Shown: positions 26,253-36,142 of the stretch, piece after piece | Layout: each line of letters begins with the position of its first letter | Position numbering within the stretch: position 1 is the stretch's first letter | Source of the DNA: a bacterium | GTDB lineage: Bacteria; UBA8248 | Assembly (NCBI GenBank): GCA_965213685.1 | Contig: CBDBZY010000031.1 | Location: 192,001 to 256,000 of the forward strand | DNA: 64,000 nucleotides | Direction: 5' to 3' | The notes under the pieces: generated by a model | Told to the model about the DNA's origin: nothing | Database searches by the model: none | Seen by the model: the letters and a program-made list of their open reading frames with translations, nothing else | Made by a program: the position numbers and the translations under genes

Positions 26253-27287
26253 ATGAACAAGAAGATTGCCGTCCTGGGCACCGGCGCCATCGGCAGCAGC
26301 GTGGCGGCCGACCTGACGGACGCCGGGCTGGACGTCGCCATCATCGACCAATGGCCGCAGCACGTGGAGGCGATGCGGGAGAGGGGCCTGCGCGTCCAGA
26401 TGCCGGACATGGACCTGCGGCTGCCCGTGCGCGCGCACCACCTGTGCGAGCTGGCCTCGCTCAAGACGCAATTCGACATCGTCTTGCTGGTCGTCAAATC
26501 CTTCGACACCCGATGGATGTGCGAACTCATCGCACCCTATTTCCGGAGCGACGGCGTCTTCGTCGGAATCCAAAACAGCATGAACAACGAGACGATCTCC
26601 TCCATCATCGGGCGCGAGCGCGTGGTGGGTTGTTGCGTGGAGCTGTCGGCGGAGATATTCACGCCCGGCCTCGTCCAGCGCAACACCGCGCGGAAGGGCA
26701 CCTGGTTCGCCGTGGGGGAGCTGGACGGAGCCATCACGCCGCGCGCCGAGGAGATGCGCGCCCTCATCGCCCACGTCGGCGTCACCGAAATCACCCCCAA
26801 CATCGAGGGCACGAAGTGGACGAAGCTGATCGCCAACTGCATGACGATGGGCCCCTTCGGCCTGCTGGGAGTCAGGAACGCGGAGGCCAGGGACTTGCCG
26901 GGCATCGTCGACATTTCGGTCCGGCTCGGAAAAGAGGCGATGGAGGTGGGCACCGCCCTGGGCTACGGGGTGGAGCCCGTGTTCGGCCTGACGGCGGACG
27001 ATTTCGCAGGCTCCGACGACCAGGTGCTGATCACGGCCATGAAAACGTTGCTGGGCCACGTGGGGACCCGCTCCCGCACCGCCCCGATTCACGACCACAT
27101 CAAGGGCCGCAGGAGCGAGATGGACTACATCAACGGCCTCGTGTCGCACAGGGCGCGAGAACTCGGCATACCCACCCCCTGCAACGATGCGGTGGCGGAG
27201 ATCGGAAACATGATCGACGACGGGGAGATGGAGATGGGACTCTCGAACTACGACCTTCTCCGTTCAAAAATCGCCGGCGCCGGCTAG
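26253..27287 (+). CDS. Ketopantoate reductase (ApbA/PanE) family protein
   Basis: GTGAIG, VKS, QN, KWTKLIAN, SEMDYING, GIPTP.N. Confidence 0.88.
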   Translation: MNKKIAVLGTGAIGSSVAADLTDAGLDVAIIDQWPQHVEAMRERGLRVQMPDMDLRLPVRAHHLCELASLKTQFDIVLLVVKSFDTRWMCELIAPYFRSDGVFVGIQNSMNNETISSIIGRERVVGCCVELSAEIFTPGLVQRNTARKGTWFAVGELDGAITPRAEEMRALIAHVGVTEITPNIEGTKWTKLIANCMTMGPFGLLGVRNAEARDLPGIVDISVRLGKEAMEVGTALGYGVEPVFGLTADDFAGSDDQVLITAMKTLLGHVGTRSRTAPIHDHIKGRRSEMDYINGLVSHRARELGIPTPCNDAVAEIGNMIDDGEMEMGLSNYDLLRSKIAGAG

Positions 27288-27355
27288 GGGGCACCCGGAG
27301 GCTTTGCTCCCACGCTCCGGGAGGGTGCGCGGGGGGAGGTCGAAACCAGCCGCTA

Positions 27356-27997
27356 CTAGGCGCCCTCCGTTGACTGGCGGCCCACCCAGCGTTGCGCCTC
27401 CTCCCGGACGCGCCTCGCCCGATCCGTATTCTCGACCACGAGATTCTCCGACGGCGGGCTCCCGCTGAACTTCTCGTTGCGCCAGCAGTGATAGCGAAGC
27501 GCCTTCGGGTAGGGGGCGAGGTCCATCGCCTGAAAATACGACGCCGGCACCTCTCCGGGCTTGTGGGGGTCCATCCTGTCCTTCTCGTATATGATCGTGC
27601 GCTTGATGACGCGCCACCGCCCCTCCCTGTGCTCGTGGAGGTCCACCACGCTGCTCCACGTCGAGAAATCGAAATCATGGCCGTCCATCGTCCTCCTCTG
27701 GTGCAGGATGAGGTAATACTCGCAGACGCCGCGCTCCCCGCGCACCCGGGCGCGCACGTTGCCCGCGATGTGCTTCTGGGTGTCCTCCGCGTGATGGCCG
27801 CTCATCATCGCCCCCGACTCCTCGATGAACGAATGCGCGTTGCCCGAGAACCATGAAGTGGTGATCTCCGCATCCGGATGAAAGCAGTCCAGCAGCCCCT
27901 CCCAGTCGCCCGTGTCGCGGCAAATGTGGGAGAACATGGACGTCTCCATCATCTCCAGCTTGTCCGCCGCCGCGCGCAGCCTCTCCGCATCGCTCAT
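27356..27997 (-). CDS. NTF2/SnoaL-like domain protein
   Basis: RDTGDW..LLDCFHPDA, WRVIKRTIIYEKDR; GGAGGAG RBS before MSDAE. Confidence 0.85.
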   Translation of the reverse strand: MSDAERLRAAADKLEMMETSMFSHICRDTGDWEGLLDCFHPDAEITTSWFSGNAHSFIEESGAMMSGHHAEDTQKHIAGNVRARVRGERGVCEYYLILHQRRTMDGHDFDFSTWSSVVDLHEHREGRWRVIKRTIIYEKDRMDPHKPGEVPASYFQAMDLAPYPKALRYHCWRNEKFSGSPPSENLVVENTDRARRVREEAQRWVGRQSTEGA

Positions 27998-28072
27998 CCC
28001 GCATCTCCTCCCGCGAGCGTCGCTCGCATGCATGTCCCGCTCCCCTCCTCCGGGCGCCGCGCGGAACGAAAC

Positions 28073-28089
28073 GGGGGGGGGGGGGGGGG
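28073..28089. repeat. G17 homopolymer
   Basis: 17 consecutive G, intergenic. Confidence 0.9.
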
Positions 28090-28111
28090 CGTCCACCGCT
28101 CTCCTCGCCCC

Positions 28112-29891
28112 CTACAAAACAGTCCGCGCGCCAATGGCGGGCTCTCCGTGCCCCAGGCCGGGCAACTCCCAGACGCCGGCGCCCATGGGGTTCTCCTCTC
28201 CCCCGACGTTCGCGTCAATCACGTAGGGACGCCCGGCCCGCACCGCCTCGTCCACGGCTTCTCCCAAATCCGCCGCCCTGTTCACCCGCACGCCCGTGAC
28301 GCCCGCTGATTCCGCCATGGCGGCGAAGTCGGGATTGTAGGGGGCGGCGGAGCCGGGACGCTGAAACCCGGTGGCCAGTTCCCGACCGCCCAGATAACCG
28401 CGCTGCAGCCCCCGGATGGAGGCGAAAGCGTAATTGTTCCAGACCACCCAGACGGCGGGAATGTTGTATTCCACCGCCGTGGCGACGGCGCTCAGGTGCA
28501 TGAGGAAAGCGCCGTCCCCGCACACCGATACGCAAGCCCTGTCCGGTGCCGCCAGCTTGGCCCCCAACACCCCCGCCACCCCGAAGCCCATCGCGCCAAA
28601 GCCCATGGAGCCGATGAGCGATTGCGGCCCCTTCGGGCGGCAATACTGGATCAGCCAGTTGTGGTGGACGCCGACGTCGCTGACGAGGATGGCGCCATCG
28701 GGCAAGGCCTTGTCGATTTCATGGGCCGCGCGCTGGGGGTGGATGGGTTCGGTGTCTTCGCGGTAGCCGGGAGCCGTGAACTCCTCCCATTCGTTTCGCC
28801 CAGCCGTCAATCTCGCGAAGCCATCCTTTCCGGGCGACCGGAATCTCCGTTTTCTCCGCGGCGTCCAGGGCTTCGTTCACCTGCTCCAGGAAGACGCCCG
28901 CATCCGCCATGAGGCCCAGGGCCACGGGATAGTTCCGGGCGATCTCCTCCGGATCGATATCCACGTGAATGAGCCTTGTCGGCGGAATGTTGAACGAGTA
29001 TCCGGGCAGCCAGCTGCTCGAGGTGCGATCGTCGAAGCGCACGCCGAGCGCAAGCAGAACGTCGGCCTGCCGCGCGGCGTGGTTCGCCGGATAGGCGCCG
29101 TTTCTGGCGAGCAAGCCCAACGCCAGGGGATGTTCGGAGTCGATTGCCCCCATTCCGCTCGATGAGCACGCCACGGGAATGCGCAGTCTCTCCGCGAGCG
29201 CGACCATCTCCGCCGCCGCCCCGCCGTATTTGACGCCCTGGCCCACCAGCATCACGGGACGCTCTGCGGACAAAAGCATCGCCGCCGCCTTCTTCACCCC
29301 CTCCGGGTCCGCCCCGCAGCGGCAGGAGACGTTCGCGTTCCATGCGGCGGCGCGCGGCATCTCGACGTCGGCTTCCTCCTTGAATATGTCGAAGGGCACG
29401 TCGAGCACGACGGGGCCGGGCCTTCCGGTCACCATCGTCTTCCACGCCTGGCGCGTGAACTGTGGCACCATCTCCGCCCGCGTGGGCTGATACACCCGCT
29501 TGCAATACGCCTGCACTGTCGAGGGGAAGTCCGCCTGGTAGTGTCGATAGGTCTCCTGAAACGCCCCGCGGTTGAACTGGTTGGTGGGGACGTTTCCGGT
29601 CACGGCCAGAAACGGAACCGAATCGAAAAAAGCGTTGGCCAGAGAAATCGGCATGTTGGCCGAACCCGGCCCGCAGGAGGTGAACGTCGCCACCGGCCGG
29701 CCCGCCACCCGGTAGTACACGTCGGCCATGAAGCCGCACAGCGACTCATGGCGCACGGAGAGCGTCCGGATTTCGTCGGCGCGCTCGTAGAGCGCATCCA
29801 GAAAACTGATGTTCCCGTGCCCGCAAAGGCCGAATATATAGGGGACGTCCTCCTGGATGAGATAATCGACGATGATCTGCCCACCGTTCAT
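28112..29891 (-). pseudogene. ThDP-dependent enzyme (acetolactate synthase-like), frameshifted (possible sequencing error)
   Basis: N-part (GLCGHGN, RHE, SCGPG, GRPGPV) and C-part (GDGAF..WNN) in different frames; deleting one C at 28799-28801 gives DGWRNEWEEF. Confidence 0.88.
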
Positions 29892-29945
29892 GCGGGTCAA
29901 TATACGGCTCCTTTCCAATGAAGACGGAGAATTGTATGATGGGCG

Positions 29946-29974
29946 ACTGTAGAAATTCCGGCGGGGCCTGTCAA
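29946..29974 (-). promoter_or_regulatory. Putative sigma70 promoter of ThDP enzyme/SnoaL operon
   Basis: TTGACA-17 nt-TACAGT; AAAGGAG RBS downstream. Confidence 0.6.
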
Positions 29975-30137
29975 TGAACGGAAAACGCCGGGGACGGAGG
30001 GAGGGCGCAACAAGAACCAAACGCCTTGCGTTGCGGGCCGGGCGGGTGCCCCGCCAGCAGGCCCGACATCCGATAAGAACGGCGCCTTCCCGAAAAGTAA
30101 GGTTTCATTCCATTCATTTCCTGAGGAGAGAGAGACG

Positions 30138-31127
30138 ATGAGCACAGCCAGATGGACGTCATCGCTGATCGCGGCGGCGCTCGCGCTCAGCGCCCAGTTC
30201 GGCGCCATGCCCCCGGACGCAGCGGCCCAGCAGCGCATCACGATGAAGGGCGGCCAGATTCGCGGCGCCTACAACCGATGGACCAGCGCATACGCCGTGT
30301 ATCTGACAAAAGAACTCCCGGGAGTTCAGGTCTCCTCCGAGTCCTCCACCGGCTCCTCCGAAAACGTGCGGGCCGTACACTCAGGCTCCGTGGAGGTGGC
30401 GCTGACGTTCTCGAGCGACGCCTTTCTGGGCTACCGGGGCGAGGCGCATTTCAAGAAACCCCAAAAGAACGTCCGAACGATGACATACCTTTTCGGCTCG
30501 GTGGGGCATCTGCTGGTGCCGGCGAAAAGCGCGATCCGGAAAATCGGAGACCTGAAGGGAAAGACCATCTCGATGGGCGGCCCGGGCTCCGGCTCGGCCA
30601 AAAACCTGACGGCACTCCTCAAGCATCTCGGCATCTGGGGCACGTTCAAGCCCGTCTACCTGGGCCGCAAAAGCCCCGAGGCCATGCGCAACGGCAAGAT
30701 CGACGGCTACAACTGGCACCCCGGCCTCGGCAACGCGATGATTCGGGACACGGCCACGATGATGCGGATTCGCTTCATCAACATGGACGCCCCCGCCCGG
30801 CAATCGGAATTCTACAAGAAATTTCCCTATTTCGGACCGACCGTGATTCCGGCGGGCGTCTATCCGAACGTGGACGCCGACACCCCGACCTTCGGCACCG
30901 GCACCGTCATGATCGCGGGGAGCCGGGTTTCCGCCGATCTGGTCTACAACATCATGAAAGCCATCTACTCCGAGAAGGGCCGCAAATACATTCTCTCCGC
31001 CGCCGGCAAGGTGGCACAGGAGATGTCCATCGAGAACGGCCTCAAACTCCTCAACGCGCCACTTCATAAGGGGGCGATCCGGTTCTGGAAAGAAGTGGGG
31101 AAGAAGATTCCCGAAGAGCTCATGTAG
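30138..31127 (+). CDS. TAXI family TRAP transporter solute-binding subunit
   Basis: Signal peptide; STGSSEN, DLKGKTISMGGPGSGS, IPAGVY, PLHKGA. Confidence 0.92.
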   Translation: MSTARWTSSLIAAALALSAQFGAMPPDAAAQQRITMKGGQIRGAYNRWTSAYAVYLTKELPGVQVSSESSTGSSENVRAVHSGSVEVALTFSSDAFLGYRGEAHFKKPQKNVRTMTYLFGSVGHLLVPAKSAIRKIGDLKGKTISMGGPGSGSAKNLTALLKHLGIWGTFKPVYLGRKSPEAMRNGKIDGYNWHPGLGNAMIRDTATMMRIRFINMDAPARQSEFYKKFPYFGPTVIPAGVYPNVDADTPTFGTGTVMIAGSRVSADLVYNIMKAIYSEKGRKYILSAAGKVAQEMSIENGLKLLNAPLHKGAIRFWKEVGKKIPEELM

Positions 31128-31217
31128 CCTCCTCCTCGGCTTCGACACGGCAACACGCGCGAATCTCTCCCGGCGGGCGGAGTGGGCCCGCGCGGGGAGG
31201 TTCTCGGGGGCCGCGCC

Positions 31218-33323
31218 ATGACCTCCAGCGATGAAACCCATATCCCCCGCGCACCGGGCGGAAGCCGCGCCCCGCTCCTGACGGGAGGCTGGAAGCATTT
31301 CCATCGGGCCATCGCCTGCGCCTTCGCCCTCTTCGCCCTTTGGGCGGCGGGGCCCGGCATACCCGAGGACAACCTCCACCTGGGGATATTCACCCTCGTC
31401 ATGTGGAGCATGAGCTTCCTCTTCCACCCCGGCCGCGAAGGGTCGGCCTGGAAGGCGCCCGAAATCTCCGACTGGGGGGTCGCTCTCGCCCTCGTTGCGC
31501 TGCTCGCCGGCGCGATCTACCGGGCGGAAGGCGTCGCCGAGGAAGGCGCGCGGGCGGTGGACCGGGCGACGTGGCTCGGGTGCGTCCTCCTGGGTGCCGT
31601 GGCGCTTTTCCGGCCGCGCGCCCTGAACCTCGCCCTCACGGGCCTGACCTGCCTTTGTCTGGGCTACTTCGTATCCCACTACCTCGAACTCCAGGACAGG
31701 ACGGGGGCCTGGCACCAAACGGACTTCTGGATGGCCTTCGTGGCCATCGCGCTCGCCCTGGAGGCGGCGCGGCGCGGGCTGGGGGCATGGATTCCGGCCA
31801 TCGCGATTCTCGCGCTGCTCTTCGCCCACTTCGGCGCCTACGCCCCCGGGCAACTCTCGCACCGGGGCTCCACGGTCCACCAGATCGTCAACTACGCCTT
31901 CTATTCCCAGGAGGGCATCTTCGGCGTCATGACTTCCGTCATGGCGAATTACGTTTTGATATTCATTTATCTGGGCGCGTTCATGAACCAGTCCGGGATG
32001 GGCAACTTCTTCATCGAAATGCCGATGGCACTCGCCGGCCGGAGGGTGGGCGGACCCGCCAAGGTGGCGGTCATCGCCTCCGCCATTTTCGGCTCGATCT
32101 CGGGCAGTAGCATCGCGAACATCGTCTCGACGGGCACCTTCACCATCCCCCTCATGAAAAAAGTGGGCTTCCGGCCCCACGTGGCCGGCGCGGTGGAAAA
32201 CAGCGCCTCCCTGGGCGGGCAACTCCTGCCGCCCGTCATGGGATCGGGCGCATTCGTGATGGCGGAGATAACAGGGGTGCCCTACGTCCGCATCATGGCC
32301 ATCGCCGCCGTGCCCGCGCTGTTGTATCTGCTCTCGATCATCGCCATCGTCCACTTTGAAGCGAAGCGACACGGCGTTCAGGGAATCCCCGAGGAGGAGC
32401 TCTCCAGTCCCGGGGAGGTCTTCGCAGCCGGCTGGTTCCACCTGCTGCCGCTCGCGATTCTCCTGGCGTTTCTCATCGCGGGCTACTCGCCGGACTGGTG
32501 CGCCGTCATGGCCATCTTCTCCATCCTGGCGATTAACTGGATGCGCATGTTGCTGGCGCGCCTCTTCCCGGCTCGGCATCGTCCCCCGCGTGAACGGATG
32601 GACGCGCGCGGCATCCTCGACGCCATGCTGGAGGGGGCGCGAAACTCTCTGCTCGTCGGCTCGGCCGCCGCCGCGGTGGGGATCATCGTCGGAATGGTGG
32701 CGCTCACGGGCCTCGGCCTCAAGATGAGCTACCTGCTCGTGGCCCTCTCGGGCGGAAGCCTCCTACTCGCCCTGTTCCTGGTGGCGGCGGCCTCTCTCGT
32801 CCTGGGCATGGCGCTGCCCATCACCGCCTCCTATCTCGTCCTGGCCGTCCTCGCGGGGCCCGCTCTCGAGAGCTTCGGCCTTCCCCTCATCGCCGCACAC
32901 ATGATCGTCTTCTGGCTAAGCCAGGACTCGAACATCACGCCGCCGGTATGCCTGGGCGCCTACGTCGCCGCCTCCATCGCCGGGTCCGACCCCTGGAAAA
33001 CGGGCTGGACGAGTTTCCGGTTCGCCAAGATGCTCTACGTCATGCCGCTTCTGTTCGCCTATACGCCCATCCTGCTGGGCGGCTCGGCGCAACGCACGAT
33101 CTGGACGATGGGCGCGGCGCTGTTCGGCACCGTTGCGTTTTCCGCCTGGACGATGGGCTACCTGCGCAGAAAAACCTCTCTCGCCGAATGGCTCCTGCTA
33201 GGCGTCGCCGCCCTGTTCTGCTTTCTGCCGGCGACGCTCGCACTGCCCGGGGGCTTCTCCGCCCATGTCGTCAACGCGGCGGGGGCGGGGCTTCTGGTCT
33301 GGATATACGCCCGGCAAAAATGA
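31218..33323 (+). CDS. TRAP transporter fused 4TM/12TM permease (TAXI type)
   Basis: GGPAKVAV, GSISGSSIAN, GGQLLPPVMG, LGMALP, ITPPV. Confidence 0.93.
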   Translation: MTSSDETHIPRAPGGSRAPLLTGGWKHFHRAIACAFALFALWAAGPGIPEDNLHLGIFTLVMWSMSFLFHPGREGSAWKAPEISDWGVALALVALLAGAIYRAEGVAEEGARAVDRATWLGCVLLGAVALFRPRALNLALTGLTCLCLGYFVSHYLELQDRTGAWHQTDFWMAFVAIALALEAARRGLGAWIPAIAILALLFAHFGAYAPGQLSHRGSTVHQIVNYAFYSQEGIFGVMTSVMANYVLIFIYLGAFMNQSGMGNFFIEMPMALAGRRVGGPAKVAVIASAIFGSISGSSIANIVSTGTFTIPLMKKVGFRPHVAGAVENSASLGGQLLPPVMGSGAFVMAEITGVPYVRIMAIAAVPALLYLLSIIAIVHFEAKRHGVQGIPEEELSSPGEVFAAGWFHLLPLAILLAFLIAGYSPDWCAVMAIFSILAINWMRMLLARLFPARHRPPRERMDARGILDAMLEGARNSLLVGSAAAAVGIIVGMVALTGLGLKMSYLLVALSGGSLLLALFLVAAASLVLGMALPITASYLVLAVLAGPALESFGLPLIAAHMIVFWLSQDSNITPPVCLGAYVAASIAGSDPWKTGWTSFRFAKMLYVMPLLFAYTPILLGGSAQRTIWTMGAALFGTVAFSAWTMGYLRRKTSLAEWLLLGVAALFCFLPATLALPGGFSAHVVNAAGAGLLVWIYARQK

Positions 33324-33358
33324 CGCCGGGCGAAACGCGGGAGCATCCGGCGCCGCCC

Positions 33359-34264
33359 TCACCAGCCGTGCGGCTCATCCTCCAGAATCCCGAGCGCGGC
33401 CAGCGTCCTCTCCGCGTGGGCCCTGGCGGTGGTGCCCAAGGGCGGGATGGGCTTTCGCGTCCCGCCCACCGGACGGCCCATGAGCGCCATCGCGTATTTC
33501 ACGGTCGCCGGGTAGTTCGTCTGCAACAACTCCAGGAGCACGCCCATCTTGTATTGCAGCGGACGCGCCTTCTCGTAATCTCCCGAGGCGCAGGCCTCGA
33601 ACAGGGAGAGAACCAGCCGGGGGGCGACCTCCCCGCAGTTGGAAAACGCACCCGCCCCGCCGACGGGGATCGACGTGAGGAGCCACTCTATTCCGGTGAA
33701 CACGGAAAAATCCGCCCGCGCGCGGGAGGCGATGCGGCACGCGCCCGTAAAATAGTTCATGTCGAAGCTGGCGTCCTTGAGGGCGCACAGGTTCGGCATC
33801 CTTTCCAGCATCTCCTCCAGCATGTCGTGGGCGATGGCCGTCTGCGTCCTCCCGGGGTTGTTGTAGGCTATCACCGCCGCATCCACGCATCCGCCGACCG
33901 TCAGGAAATGATCCAGATGGGCCGCCGGCTCGGGTGCCCAATGGTAGGGCGACAGGACGACGATTCCCTGTGCCCCCACCGCCTCGCCATGCCGCGCGAG
34001 GTCGACGCAGTTGTCCGTCCCCGGGGCGCTCGCGTTCACGAACACGGGGACGCGGCCGGCGGCGGCGTCCACCAGGCACCTCGCCAGCTCCCTGCGCTCG
34101 CGCTCGCTCAGATTGAGAGACTCCCCGATGTGCATGGGATGGGCGATGAAGGGAAACCCCTGCTCGACGAGAAAGTTCACCTGTCGCCCGAAAGCGTCGT
34201 AATCGACGCCGCCGGCCGGCCCGAAGGCCGTGGCGGGCGCACCCATCATCCCCCTGAGTTTCAA
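33359..34264 (-). CDS. DapA/class I aldolase superfamily protein
   Basis: GES, GRVPV, YNNP, ALKD; TTG start after GAGGGGG. Confidence 0.9.
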   Translation of the reverse strand: MKLRGMMGAPATAFGPAGGVDYDAFGRQVNFLVEQGFPFIAHPMHIGESLNLSERERRELARCLVDAAAGRVPVFVNASAPGTDNCVDLARHGEAVGAQGIVVLSPYHWAPEPAAHLDHFLTVGGCVDAAVIAYNNPGRTQTAIAHDMLEEMLERMPNLCALKDASFDMNYFTGACRIASRARADFSVFTGIEWLLTSIPVGGAGAFSNCGEVAPRLVLSLFEACASGDYEKARPLQYKMGVLLELLQTNYPATVKYAMALMGRPVGGTRKPIPPLGTTARAHAERTLAALGILEDEPHGW

Positions 34265-34352
34265 CGGCTCTCCCCCTCATGCCCAGTCGCCGACGCCGCG
34301 CCCGGAACGCCTCCCCTCCCGAAGAGGACTCGCTTTTGTCTAGACCGGCTGT

Positions 34353-36113
34353 CTAGACCGACAGCTTCTCCATGCTTCCGAGTCTTCTGAAAATGATCGT
34401 GCCCACCAGGAGCAGAATCGTCTGAACGAGTGCGAACGCCGCCACGACGCCCAACGCCTCGTTTTCCTGCAAGATGTAGAGTGCCACCGCCATGGGCGCG
34501 CTGTCTTCCGTCGCCAGCAGCACGGACACCGGCAGTTCCCTGATGAACATGATGAACAGCATCAGATAGGCCGCAAAAATACCCGGCTTCAACAGCGGCA
34601 CCGTGATTTTCCGTATCGTCGCAACGAACGAGGAGCCGCAGATTCTCGCGCTCTCCTCGAGCTCGGAGCTCAACGACTGCAGCACCGAGGAGATCGTTCT
34701 GAGGCCATAGGGCAGATAGCGCGTCATATACGCCATCATCAGCAAGAGCATGGGGAATCCGTAGAGCGGCGTTTTGATCCATGTGATAAGAAAGGCCATG
34801 CCCATGATGAGGCCCGGCACGCCGATGGGCAGGGTGCTCAGGTAATCGACCACGCCGCTCAATTTCCTGTTCCTGCCCCGGAGGATCACCATGGACAGGA
34901 ACGTGCAGAGGACCACCGTGAGGAATCCTCCCGCCAGCCCCAGGAGAAGACTGTTCTTGGTCGCTCGAATGGCGTATTCGTATTCGAACAACACGTAGGC
35001 CCAGTTGTAGATGGAAAGCTGGCTCCACCGGAATCCGCCCAGCCAAGCGCGGTTGAACGACGCCAACAGGAGTGCTCCCAGCGGGAGGATGACCGCCAGA
35101 AGGACATATACGACATTGATGCCGAGGGCGAGATATTTCCAGTTTCCCAGGGAGACGCGGCTCGGGCGGTAGCCTTTCCCCGTCACGGTCACGTAGCTTC
35201 TCGGGGCTATGATCTTTCTCTGGACGTAGAGCCCCAGGGCGGTGAACGCCATCAAGACGCTTCCCAGGGCGGCCGCCCCGCCGATGTCCATGGGGTATTC
35301 TTCCATCTTCGTATAAATGATCGTCGAGAGCGTCGATATTCTCGCAATCGGGCCCAGCAGGCTGGGCACCCCGAACACGCCCATGCTCACCACGAAAACG
35401 ATGATCGTTCCGGAGAGCATGGCGGGCGTCGAGAGCGGAATCGTTACCCTCAGGGCGGTGCGCAAGACTCCGGTTCCGCAAACCCGCGCGGATTCCTCGA
35501 GGGCGGGGTCCATGCGATTCAGCGAGCCTATCGTAAAAAGATACATGTAGGGCGTATAGAACAGCGCCAGCACCATGATGATTCCGCCCATCGAATAGAT
35601 GTTGAACGGCGGTGCCGACAACCCGAAGATGTCGATCATCCAGCGATTCAGTATGCCCGTCCTCGGGGCGGCCAACGCCCACCAGGCGACGGCGCCCAAA
35701 AAAGAAGACAGGAAAAAGGGAATCAGGGTCAGCGCCTCCAAAACCCCCCTGAAGGGCATATCGGTGCGCGCATGAAACCAGGCGAGCGAAACGCCCGTCA
35801 GGCAGGAGAAAACAGACGTTCCCAACGCGATGAGCAAGGTGTTCAGCGAAGCGTCGATCACCTCGGCGGTGGTGAACGTATTGGTGAAGTTCGTCAGCGT
35901 GAAGAGGGATTCCCCGGCTTCGGGGTGGGTAACGAACGCGCTGTACAAGAACACGGATACCGGCACGATGGCGAGAATGGTGAGCAGGCCCAGCGAGCTG
36001 AGCTTCAGCGTATTCTCGGAATTGAAAAACCGCCCCAGAGGAGCGGAGGCCGAGGCGGCCAGCTTTCCGCCAGCGTCCCCGGCCTCCCGTTCCGCTTTGG
36101 ATACCCTGCTCAA
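34353..36113 (-). CDS. ABC transporter permease, Fe(III)/thiamine type (two EAA domains)
   Basis: ARTDMP, LEESARVCG and LEESARICG loops; TTG start uncertain. Confidence 0.9.
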   Translation of the reverse strand: MSRVSKAEREAGDAGGKLAASASAPLGRFFNSENTLKLSSLGLLTILAIVPVSVFLYSAFVTHPEAGESLFTLTNFTNTFTTAEVIDASLNTLLIALGTSVFSCLTGVSLAWFHARTDMPFRGVLEALTLIPFFLSSFLGAVAWWALAAPRTGILNRWMIDIFGLSAPPFNIYSMGGIIMVLALFYTPYMYLFTIGSLNRMDPALEESARVCGTGVLRTALRVTIPLSTPAMLSGTIIVFVVSMGVFGVPSLLGPIARISTLSTIIYTKMEEYPMDIGGAAALGSVLMAFTALGLYVQRKIIAPRSYVTVTGKGYRPSRVSLGNWKYLALGINVVYVLLAVILPLGALLLASFNRAWLGGFRWSQLSIYNWAYVLFEYEYAIRATKNSLLLGLAGGFLTVVLCTFLSMVILRGRNRKLSGVVDYLSTLPIGVPGLIMGMAFLITWIKTPLYGFPMLLLMMAYMTRYLPYGLRTISSVLQSLSSELEESARICGSSFVATIRKITVPLLKPGIFAAYLMLFIMFIRELPVSVLLATEDSAPMAVALYILQENEALGVVAAFALVQTILLLVGTIIFRRLGSMEKLSV

Positions 36114-36142
36114 TTCCCGGCACCTCAGGCGCTTCTAGATCG

